Positions 55,435-63,061 of a DNA stretch of 64,000 bases are shown one piece after another. The stretch is taken from positions 45,057-109,056 of the forward strand of contig JAAXUA010000002.1 in the NCBI GenBank assembly GCA_013336275.1, written 5' to 3'. The position numbers and the translations under genes were made by a program. Source of the DNA: Candidatus Falkowbacteria bacterium. GTDB taxonomy: Bacteria; Patescibacteriota; Patescibacteriia; Patescibacteriales; GWE2-39-37. Numbering within the stretch: the first letter of the stretch is position 1; every line of letters starts with the position of its first letter. The notes below the pieces were generated by a model. The model had not been told where the DNA came from. It did no database searches and worked only from the letters and a program-made list of their open reading frames with translations.

Positions 55435-56481
55435 ATGCTGGATAAAATTCTAGAGTATGTGCAGAAGAATCTGTTCTTACTGATTGTCCTTTCGATCGCG
55501 GCCGGCTTGTCGGCTGTCCGCTTGATGGGAGGCATCGCGTTTACGCCCTTGTTGTGCCTATTGGCGGCCCTGTTGATGATATACCCCTCATTGGTGCCGC
55601 TGGACTTTAAGAAAATCGGTTCGGTCCGCCAGCACAAAATGTTGGTGGCCGTTTCCTTGGCCGCTAATTTCATCATTGCGCCATTGCTGGCGGTGGTTGT
55701 CGGCCGGATATTTTTGGCTGATGAGCCGGCTTTGTGGCTGGGCTTGATTCTGCTTTCTGTCTTGCCCGGTGGCGGTATGGTGACGATCTGGGCCTATCGG
55801 TCGAAAGCGGATATAGCGCTGACAGTGAATATCGTGACCGCCAACCTGCTGGCCGCCATAATCTTGTCCCCTTTCTATCTTTCCGCGGCCATGAATAAGC
55901 TGGCGACGATGGCTGTGAATCAGCCGGCTGGCAGCTGCACGGTGTCCGAAGCTACCGGAGGCATATTTGATTGCGCTTTCGGCGGAGCGGGTTCGATAAG
56001 TCCGGCAAAGATAGCGTTGCCGATCATCTTTATCGTTGCTATACCACTGTTGTTGGCGTATCTTACGCAGAAGCATTATCTGAAAGCCGGACGAGAAAGA
56101 TTCGAGACGATCAAGGCCAGGTACGCATCTTTCAGCAATCTTGGCTTGTTGCTGGTCTTGTTCCTGTTGATGTCCATCAAGCAGAATCAAATCATCTTTT
56201 CGCGTCCTGATCTGATTCCGAAAGCTCTGCTGGCTCTACTGGCTTTCTATGGCGCGAGCTTGCTCTTGTCTTGGCGCTTGGGAAAAGTTGTCGGGGGCGA
56301 GAGGGGCAGGTCGTTGGTCTGGGGGACTTATTTGCGTTACATCACCTTGGCGCTCGGTTTGGCAATTTCCATCGTTTATCAGGACCCGACTTATAGTCTG
56401 ACGCTTATTGTCGCGGTGATGGCATACTTGGTGCAGATACCGAGCTCGTTCTGGTTAGCTAATAAATTAAATAATAAATAA
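55435..56481 (+). CDS. ACR3/BASS-fold permease (arsenite or bile-acid:Na+ symporter family)
   Basis: 348 aa, about 10 TM helices, with family-like LSVLPGGGMVTIW. Context is ArsR, thioredoxin system and rhodanese. Confidence 0.6.
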   Translation: MLDKILEYVQKNLFLLIVLSIAAGLSAVRLMGGIAFTPLLCLLAALLMIYPSLVPLDFKKIGSVRQHKMLVAVSLAANFIIAPLLAVVVGRIFLADEPALWLGLILLSVLPGGGMVTIWAYRSKADIALTVNIVTANLLAAIILSPFYLSAAMNKLATMAVNQPAGSCTVSEATGGIFDCAFGGAGSISPAKIALPIIFIVAIPLLLAYLTQKHYLKAGRERFETIKARYASFSNLGLLLVLFLLMSIKQNQIIFSRPDLIPKALLALLAFYGASLLLSWRLGKVVGGERGRSLVWGTYLRYITLALGLAISIVYQDPTYSLTLIVAVMAYLVQIPSSFWLANKLNNK

Positions 56482-56492
56482 TAATAAAACTT

Positions 56493-56822
56493 ATGAGCAA
56501 CGTAATTACTCTTACAAATGAAAATTGGGATAAGGAAGTGATGCAGACAGAAGTGCCTGTTTTGGTTGATTTTTGGGCCCCTTGGTGTGGTCCTTGTCGC
56601 ATGATGGCGCCAGTCTTGGATGACCTGTCTTTTGATTTAAAAGGCAAGCTGAAGATTGCCAAGCTGGATGTTGATAACCCGGTCCATCAGGCAATTGCCG
56701 TAAAATATCAGATTCAGTCTATTCCAGCCCTAAAGCTGTTTAAATCAGGTAAGGTCATCAGTGACTATATCGGTTATCGAGACAAAGAAACCCTTACAAA
56801 GGAGTTGGCGGCAGAATTATAA
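56493..56822 (+). CDS. trxA: Thioredoxin
   Basis: 109 aa. VDFWAPWCGPCRM active site. Confidence 0.95.
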   Translation: MSNVITLTNENWDKEVMQTEVPVLVDFWAPWCGPCRMMAPVLDDLSFDLKGKLKIAKLDVDNPVHQAIAVKYQIQSIPALKLFKSGKVISDYIGYRDKETLTKELAAEL

Positions 56823-56837
56823 ATTAATTTATTTGAA

Positions 56838-57200
56838 ATGGTAAAAGAATTGAGCCCAAACGAGGCGAAGTCCGAGTTGGAGAAGGGAGCGTTGCTGGTC
56901 GATGTTCGTGAAGCCTATGAAGTCGATCAGTTCGCCTGCGACGTTCCGGAGACACTGGTGCTGCCCTTATCTGAACTGCAGCAGCGTTATCAAGAGTTGC
57001 CCAAAGACCGCGAGCTGGTTATCGCTTGCGCTGGCGGCGGCAGAAGCCTGTATGCGGCCACGTTCCTGGTTGGCAAAGGATACAATAAGGTAGCCAACTT
57101 GGATGGGGGCGTCTTTACATGGAATTCTTTGGGCTTGCCAGTCAAGAAGGGCGGTGGCGGGGATGAAAAAAGCGTCAGCAGCTGCAAATTGTGGCGTTAA
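56838..57200 (+). CDS. Rhodanese-domain sulfurtransferase
   Basis: 120 aa. LVDVRE..E, and active-site loop CAGGGRS. Confidence 0.8.
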   Translation: MVKELSPNEAKSELEKGALLVDVREAYEVDQFACDVPETLVLPLSELQQRYQELPKDRELVIACAGGGRSLYAATFLVGKGYNKVANLDGGVFTWNSLGLPVKKGGGGDEKSVSSCKLWR

Positions 57201-57270
57201 CCCAGGCGGGCGTTATTTAATGTCCAGTTTTTAGCTTTACTCAATCCGAAATTTTTGGCATAATATAGAT

Positions 57271-57768
57271 ATGAAAGAACAGATTGAACAGGATTTTGGT
57301 GTAGCCGAAATGACTTGGCGCGTGCCAGAATACGAAAAGCATGAACGCGATCGCCGCTGGTATATCTTAGCCGGCGTGGTTGTTGTTTTATTGGTTGTTT
57401 ACGCTTTTTGGACTGATAATTTCCTATTTATGGGCATAATCCTTCTGGGTTCGTTTATTCTGGTTTTAAATGAGACCCAAGAGGCGCCGCAGGTGGAAAT
57501 TTCCCTAACAGATGAGGGGGTGGTTGTTGGCCGCAAGTTTTACGACTATGATCAACTGAATAATTTCGGTATCGTATATAAACCTAATATAGGTGCCAAG
57601 AATCTTTATTTCGAGTTTAAGTCGCCAATGAAACAGCGATTATCGATTCCCCTAATGGAGCAGGATCCTTTAGCCGTCAGAAAGGAGTTACTTAAGTATC
57701 TGCCAGAAGACCTGGATCGGACCAACCGCCCGTTATCTGAAAATCTGTCACGCTTGCTAAAACTGTAG
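57271..57768 (+). CDS. Hypothetical membrane protein
   Basis: 165 aa. Two adjacent TM helices after RRWYILAGVVV, then a small soluble domain. Confidence 0.5.
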   Translation: MKEQIEQDFGVAEMTWRVPEYEKHERDRRWYILAGVVVVLLVVYAFWTDNFLFMGIILLGSFILVLNETQEAPQVEISLTDEGVVVGRKFYDYDQLNNFGIVYKPNIGAKNLYFEFKSPMKQRLSIPLMEQDPLAVRKELLKYLPEDLDRTNRPLSENLSRLLKL

Positions 57769-57843
57769 TTTTGTGTTACTATGCATGAGTTGAGTCGATT
57801 TTGACCGACTTTATTTTATTTTTAGCCAATATTTGGCAATTTT

Positions 57844-57915
57844 GCACTCGTCGTTCAACGGATAGGACACAAGCTTGCGGAGCTTGTAATCTAGGTTCGA
57901 TTCCTAGCGAGTGCA
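57844..57915 (+). tRNA. tRNA-Arg (anticodon GCG)
   Basis: Hand-folded, 72 nt. Acceptor GCACTCG/CGAGTGC. D-arm GTTC..GGAC. Anticodon arm CAAGC-TTGCGGA-GCTTG. T-arm CTAGG-TTCGATT-CCTAG. Confidence 0.8.
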
Positions 57916-57916
57916 C

Positions 57917-57952
57917 AAAAAGAAGAATCCCCGAATGGGGATTTTTCTTTTT
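57917..57952 (+). terminator. Strong intrinsic terminator after tRNA-Arg
   Basis: aaaaagaagaatcccc-gaat-ggggatttttcttttt, a 16-bp stem including one G-U pair. Confidence 0.8.
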
Positions 57953-58026
57953 GTGGGATTGTTAGATGCGAAAAGCTAAGTGTCGGCGTGGGGCTTCCGC
58001 CCCTTAGACCTGCCTGCCGGCAGGCA

Positions 58027-58045
58027 GGTTCCTAGCGAGTGCACA
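58027..58045 (+). repeat. Duplicated 3' end of tRNA-Arg (direct repeat)
   Basis: ttcctagcgagtgcaca at 58029-58045 is identical to 57901-57917. With aggttc it matches the tRNA's last 24 nt apart from a 5-nt deletion in the T-loop. Confidence 0.85.
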
Positions 58046-58100
58046 GTATACAAACCCCTTGTTTTATTGAAAAACAGGGGGTTTGTGTTATGCTGTTCGT

Positions 58101-60200
58101 ATGCTAACTCTAGGGACTTCAATCAAAGAAATGAGCCGGGTGGGGGAACTGACAGCCAAAAAGCTCAAAGGCCTTGATATCGAGACGGTCGAGGATCTTT
58201 TGCTGTATTTTCCTTTTCGTTACGACGATTATAGTCAGCCGGTCAAAATCAACCAATTAACTCCCGGCACCAATGCCTGTTTGACTGGCCAGGTCGAACT
58301 TTTGCAGAATAAGCGCAGCTTTCGGAAGCACATTTCAGTAACCGAGGCGCTGGTCAGCGATGAGACCGGCTCGGTCAAAGTCGTGTGGTTCAACCAGCCA
58401 TTCATCATCAAGAACCTCAAGGAGGGAAATAAAATATCGCTGGCGGGCAAGGTTGAGGAGGATTATGCCGGGCCATTCTTGGCTAGTCCGACCTATGAGA
58501 AGTTGTCAGATGATGATAGCGCTGTGCACACCCAGGGCTTGGTGCCGAATTATCATCTGACAGCCAACCTAACACAGAAGCAATTGCGCTTCTTGATGAA
58601 GCAGGTTATCGGATTATCATCCAGGCTGAGCGATTGGTTGCCGGAATCGATCAGAAGGCAGAACAAGCTGCTGACTTTGGCCGAAGCTGTGCGACTGATA
58701 CATTTTCCGCGGGATGTTAACGATATCCACTCTGCTAAGAAACGCCTGGCTTTCAATGAGCTATTTTTGATCCAGCTGGTGGCGCAGCAGAACCAGCGAG
58801 GCATTTCGAAATCCAAGGCACCATCCATCGTCTTCGACGAGGAGCTTACCAAGAAGTTCGTGGCTAATCTGCCTTTTACCTTGACCGACGCCCAACGCAA
58901 GGCGGCGTGGGCGATTTTGAAGAATCTGGAGCAAGACAGTCCGATGACTCGGTTGCTCGAGGGTGATGTCGGTAGCGGCAAAACGGTCGTCGCTGCTTTG
59001 GTTGCGCTCAATGCGGTAGCCAATGGGTGGCAGTCGGCCATCTTGGTTCCGACGGAGATTCTGGCCAAGCAGCATTTCGCTAGCATCACCAAGCTGCTCG
59101 AAAGTTTCGATATAACGGTCGGCCTGGTTACGCGGAGTGATAAGAAATTGAGCAAAGATGACGAAGAGACGGCAAGCGATGACGCGAAGAAGAAGGTTAA
59201 GAAGCTGAACGCCTCAGCCGTTGTCCAGCAGTCGGACATCATTGTCGGTACGCATGCTTTGATCCAGGAGGATGTCAGATTTGAGAAGCTTGGTTTAGTG
59301 GTGGTGGATGAGCAGCACCGTTTCGGCGTGGCTCAACGGCAGAATCTTTTGGAAAAATCAGGAATTGAAGGGTCCTCCCCGCATCTTTTGTCTATGACGG
59401 CGACACCGATTCCGCGAAGCTTGGCCTTGGCCTTATATGGCGATCTAGATATTTCGATTTTGGACGAGTTGCCAGCTGGCCGGAAACCCATCAAGACTAG
59501 GATCGTGTCCGAAGAGAAGCGCTTGTTGGCCTATAAATTTATCCGCGAACAGATCGAGGCTGGACGGCAGGTATTTGTCATTTGTCCGTTGATCGACCCC
59601 TCGGACAAGCTAGGAGTCAAATCGGTCAATGATGAGCACGAGAAACTGAATAAGCAGATTTTTCCGGACTTGGAAGTAGGGCTGCTTCACGGCAAGCTCA
59701 AAGCGGCTGAGAAGGAGCAGGTCATGTCTGACTTCGCATCCGGCAAGACCAAGATTCTGGTCTCGACATCGGTGGTGGAGGTCGGCGTGGATGTGCCGAA
59801 TGCCACGGTCATGATGATCGAAGGGGCTGAGCGTTTCGGCTTAGCCCAGTTGCACCAGTTCCGTGGCCGGGTCGGTAGAAGCGACCATCAATCATATTGT
59901 TTGCTGTTTACGGAAAGCAACTCGCCAGAGACCCTGAAGCGGCTTGAGGCCCTGGAGCAGCACAATGACGGCTTTGCTCTGGCCAAGATAGATTTGGAGC
60001 TGCGCGGGCCAGGCGAGGTCTATGGCCAATTGCAGAAAGGCTTTCCAGAGCTGAAACTGGCTTCGTTGTTCGATTATGATCTGATGGAAATGGCCAAGAA
60101 AGCGGTTAGCGATCTGTTGGATCGCGACCCGGAGCTGGCCGGCAGCGAATTATTGAGAAGTGAGTCGGCGCATTGGCGCGGCAATATCCATTGGGAGTGA
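58101..60200 (+). CDS. recG: ATP-dependent DNA helicase RecG
   Basis: Wedge domain, helicase motif I GDVGSGKT, DEQHRFG, SMTATPIPRS, and QLHQFRGRVGR. The ATG at 58101 is preferred over the track's TTG at 58083, which lies inside a hairpin. Confidence 0.92.
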   Translation: MLTLGTSIKEMSRVGELTAKKLKGLDIETVEDLLLYFPFRYDDYSQPVKINQLTPGTNACLTGQVELLQNKRSFRKHISVTEALVSDETGSVKVVWFNQPFIIKNLKEGNKISLAGKVEEDYAGPFLASPTYEKLSDDDSAVHTQGLVPNYHLTANLTQKQLRFLMKQVIGLSSRLSDWLPESIRRQNKLLTLAEAVRLIHFPRDVNDIHSAKKRLAFNELFLIQLVAQQNQRGISKSKAPSIVFDEELTKKFVANLPFTLTDAQRKAAWAILKNLEQDSPMTRLLEGDVGSGKTVVAALVALNAVANGWQSAILVPTEILAKQHFASITKLLESFDITVGLVTRSDKKLSKDDEETASDDAKKKVKKLNASAVVQQSDIIVGTHALIQEDVRFEKLGLVVVDEQHRFGVAQRQNLLEKSGIEGSSPHLLSMTATPIPRSLALALYGDLDISILDELPAGRKPIKTRIVSEEKRLLAYKFIREQIEAGRQVFVICPLIDPSDKLGVKSVNDEHEKLNKQIFPDLEVGLLHGKLKAAEKEQVMSDFASGKTKILVSTSVVEVGVDVPNATVMMIEGAERFGLAQLHQFRGRVGRSDHQSYCLLFTESNSPETLKRLEALEQHNDGFALAKIDLELRGPGEVYGQLQKGFPELKLASLFDYDLMEMAKKAVSDLLDRDPELAGSELLRSESAHWRGNIHWE

Positions 60201-60225
60201 GAAATAAAACAATCCTGCCTTTGAG

Positions 60226-60792
60226 TTATTTATTTGAAATGAAGGTGCTGTTTTTGATATAGAATCGCCACGGCTTATCCTTGTATTCTTCGGCATAGTT
60301 GATGCCGATGCGAGGCCTAGCAACGATGTCCTCGGGTTTTAAAATGAAGTTTTTAGCACGGCCCTCAATCCAAAGGCCGTGCTTTTTGGTATATAGTGGA
60401 AGCTCGTTGAATGATTTGTCGACCTCAAGAGTTTTGGTTAGCTTGGCAGGGCCATCGGTTTTTCCGGAGCTTGTGGTCGAGGGTTCAAGTGCGCGAATAA
60501 GCACGGCTGCCGGGTAGTCTTTGGTCCCGGTTACGGCATTGAGCATGTAGTGCATACCATAGGTGAAATAGACATAAGCGATGCCGCCGGTCTCGAACAT
60601 CGGTTGGTTTCTGGGCGTGCGTCCCCGGCTGGCGTGCGAGCCTTTATCAAGCGGCCCATCGTAAGCTTCGGTCTCGACAATCATGTATTTCGCGGTTTTT
60701 CCGTCAGGTAAGCGGCGCACCAAAAAACAGCCCAATAAGTCTTGGGCTATTTTCAAAGTCGGTTGATCGTAGAATATTTTTGGTAGCAGCAT
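60226..60792 (-). CDS. DNA-3-methyladenine glycosylase (Mpg/AAG family)
   Basis: 188 aa. LLGCFLVR, IVETEAYDG, and YVYFTYGMHYMLN motifs. The start overlaps the radA stop (TAATG). Confidence 0.88.
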   Translation of the reverse strand: MLLPKIFYDQPTLKIAQDLLGCFLVRRLPDGKTAKYMIVETEAYDGPLDKGSHASRGRTPRNQPMFETGGIAYVYFTYGMHYMLNAVTGTKDYPAAVLIRALEPSTTSSGKTDGPAKLTKTLEVDKSFNELPLYTKKHGLWIEGRAKNFILKPEDIVARPRIGINYAEEYKDKPWRFYIKNSTFISNK

Positions 60793-62141
60793 TATTTGAA
60801 AGTGAAGAAAGAGGCCAGGTTGTCGACGTTCTTGACCGGCAGGGCTTTTATCTTCTTGCCGCCTTCCGCTTTGGCCGGGACCATGGCCTGAACGAAGCCG
60901 AGTTTTTCCGCCTCATTCAGGCGCTGCCCTAGCTTGGAGGCCGGACGGACTTCGCCGCCCAAGCCGACCTCGCCCAGGGCGATGGTCTGCGCAGGTAACG
61001 GTTCGTTCAGAAGGGAAGAGATGATGGCGGCGCAGACTGCCAGGTCCAGGGCCGGGTCGTTGATTCTGAGGCCGCCGACGACATTGATGATGACGTCCTG
61101 GTTGGAGAGATTAACTTTGGCTCGTTTCATGAGGACGGCGATCAGGACTTGCAGGCGGTTGAGGTCGAAGCCGGAAGCCTTCCGCTGAGGATATCCGAAG
61201 ACCGTCTTGGTGACCAAGGCCTGTACTTCGACCAGGAAGGGGCGCGTACCCTCAAGGATGCAGCTTACTGCCGCCCCAGCCAGATGTTCGCTGTCCGCTT
61301 CCAAGAAGATGCCGCCAGGATTGACCACTTCTTCGAAGCCTGAGCCGGTCATGGAGAAGACGCCAAGTTCATTGACTGAGCCGAAACGGTTCTTGCTAGC
61401 CCGAAGAAGGCGGTAATCATGCTGGGTTTCGCTTTCGAGGTACAGGACGGTATCGACGATGTGTTCAAGGCTTTTCGGTCCGGCCACAGCGCCATCCTTG
61501 GTGATATGGCCGATCAGGATGACTGCCACGCTTTTTTGTTTGGCCAGTTCGAGCAGCTTGACGGCGCTGGCGCGTATCTGACTTACACTGCCAGCCTCAG
61601 AGGGTAGATTGAAAGAGTAGATGGTCTGGATTGAGTCGACGATCAAGACGACCGGCTTGGATTCTTCGGCAGTGGCGACAATTTTTTCGACATTGGTCTC
61701 ATTGAGGAAGCCTATAGTTCCCGGGTCGATCGATAGCCGTTCGAGCCGTTCTTTGACCTGGTGGGCTGATTCCTCGCCGCTGACATAAAGGACCGGCTGT
61801 TTTTTGGCCAGATGTCCGGCCAGCTGGGCCACCAGCGTCGATTTACCGATACCAGGCTCGCCAGCCAGCAAGACGAACGAGTCAGGCATCAAGCCGCCGC
61901 CCAGGACGCGGTCGCACTCGGCCAAACCGGTAGATAGCCGATTGAAATTGCGTTCATTGATCTCTTTGAGATTGATGATATTGGCAGCTGCCGGCTTCTG
62001 GCTCTGCGACTTTTGCTCTTGGGGGGTTAGGCTCTGTTCTTCGAGCGTGCCCCAAGAGCCGCACTCGGTGCAGCGACCGCTCCATTTGGGAAATTGCGCG
62101 TCACATTTCTTGCAAACGAAGACTGTTGATAGTTTGGCCAT
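60792..62141 (-). CDS. radA: DNA repair protein RadA/Sms
   Basis: Start MAKLSTVFVCKKCDAQFPKWSGRCTECGSW (Zn finger). Walker A GEPGIGKST. KNRFG motif. Lon-like C-terminal domain. Confidence 0.93.
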   Translation of the reverse strand: MAKLSTVFVCKKCDAQFPKWSGRCTECGSWGTLEEQSLTPQEQKSQSQKPAAANIINLKEINERNFNRLSTGLAECDRVLGGGLMPDSFVLLAGEPGIGKSTLVAQLAGHLAKKQPVLYVSGEESAHQVKERLERLSIDPGTIGFLNETNVEKIVATAEESKPVVLIVDSIQTIYSFNLPSEAGSVSQIRASAVKLLELAKQKSVAVILIGHITKDGAVAGPKSLEHIVDTVLYLESETQHDYRLLRASKNRFGSVNELGVFSMTGSGFEEVVNPGGIFLEADSEHLAGAAVSCILEGTRPFLVEVQALVTKTVFGYPQRKASGFDLNRLQVLIAVLMKRAKVNLSNQDVIINVVGGLRINDPALDLAVCAAIISSLLNEPLPAQTIALGEVGLGGEVRPASKLGQRLNEAEKLGFVQAMVPAKAEGGKKIKALPVKNVDNLASFFTFK

Positions 62142-62201
62142 ATGTTCAAACAAAAACAGCACCCCTTGCTGTTTTTATGTTAATTTTTGATTTATAACTT
62201 A

Positions 62202-62936
62202 TTATTTTAGCAACGATTCTACGGTCTGCTTCAGTTCGGCGAAAGTAACCTCACCCATGAATTCCTTATCGTTGACGAAGAGAAAGGGGATGCCTGTGAT
62301 GCCAAGAGCATTAGCTTCAATCATGTTGTTGTTGATCGATTGAGCAGTCAGACTGTCTTTGAAACATTTGTTGAAATCGATCATGTTCAGGGTGAGCTTT
62401 TTCGCAATCGAAGTCAAAGACTCGGCGCTGATTTTGGAGCCGCCCTGGAACACTAGGTCGTGATACTGCCAGAATTTTCCTTGGCTGGCGGCGCAGCGGC
62501 CAGCGATGGCTGCCCGGTGGGAGATAGAGGCGGTGTCTTTTTCCGGGTAGTCTTTCCAAATCAGCTTGATTTTGCCCGGGTATTCGTCCATCAGCTTACG
62601 GATCTGCAATTCTTGAGAACCGCAGTATGAGCAGGTAAAATCTGAGAATTGGATTATGGTTATGGGCGACTTCATGTCTCCGAGGATGGGGTCGCTGCCG
62701 TTGATGATCGGCTTGGTGATAAGATCTTTGGCTGTCGGCACTTTGGTAATGAAGGGGTCGGTCTGAAATTCGGCATATGGATCAGGGGAGGTTGACTGTT
62801 CGGCCGCGGCCGGTTGGTTATAAAAAATGATGCCACGCAAGAGCATGACGCTGAAGATAAAGATGAAGATGGCAACAGCTGATGAAGCGATGAATAAGGG
62901 GGTGAAGAATTTCTGTTTGAAGATGGATTTTTTCAT
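62202..62936 (-). CDS. Membrane-anchored DsbA-family thiol:disulfide oxidoreductase (CSYC active site)
   Basis: N-terminal TM. FSDFTCSYCG (62622-62633). GRCAASQGKFWQYHDLVF. A paralog of 17794..18486. Confidence 0.8.
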   Translation of the reverse strand: MKKSIFKQKFFTPLFIASSAVAIFIFIFSVMLLRGIIFYNQPAAAEQSTSPDPYAEFQTDPFITKVPTAKDLITKPIINGSDPILGDMKSPITIIQFSDFTCSYCGSQELQIRKLMDEYPGKIKLIWKDYPEKDTASISHRAAIAGRCAASQGKFWQYHDLVFQGGSKISAESLTSIAKKLTLNMIDFNKCFKDSLTAQSINNNMIEANALGITGIPFLFVNDKEFMGEVTFAELKQTVESLLK

Positions 62937-62955
62937 GAGAGGTTGGATTTTATTA

Positions 62956-63040
62956 AAGGCCGTTCTCCTTGGTCCTTGCGGACCCTGCGGAGAAGTTTCT
63001 TAAGGCCGTTCTCCTTGGTCCTTGCGGACCCTGCGGAGAA
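62956..63040 (-). repeat. Two identical 39-nt tandem units (7-nt spacer), each a predicted hairpin
   Basis: 62956-62994 and 63002-63040 are identical. Read on the minus strand: TTCTCC-GCAGG-GTCC-GCAA-GGAC-CAA-GGAGAA-CGGCCTT, with a GNRA loop and an SD-like GGAGAA paired to TTCTCC. Confidence 0.85.
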
Positions 63041-63061
63041 CCGACTGCTCACACGCAGTCG

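Noticed and set aside
57980-58177. A 65-aa ORF spanning the tRNA-Arg repeat region and the recG start
   Set aside because: It is composed of palindromic and terminator sequence and overlaps recG in another frame, so it is almost certainly non-coding.
62956-63040. Considered as a CRISPR array
   Set aside because: It has only two repeat units with a 7-nt spacer, there are no cas genes in the window, and the unit itself is a hairpin next to a start codon.
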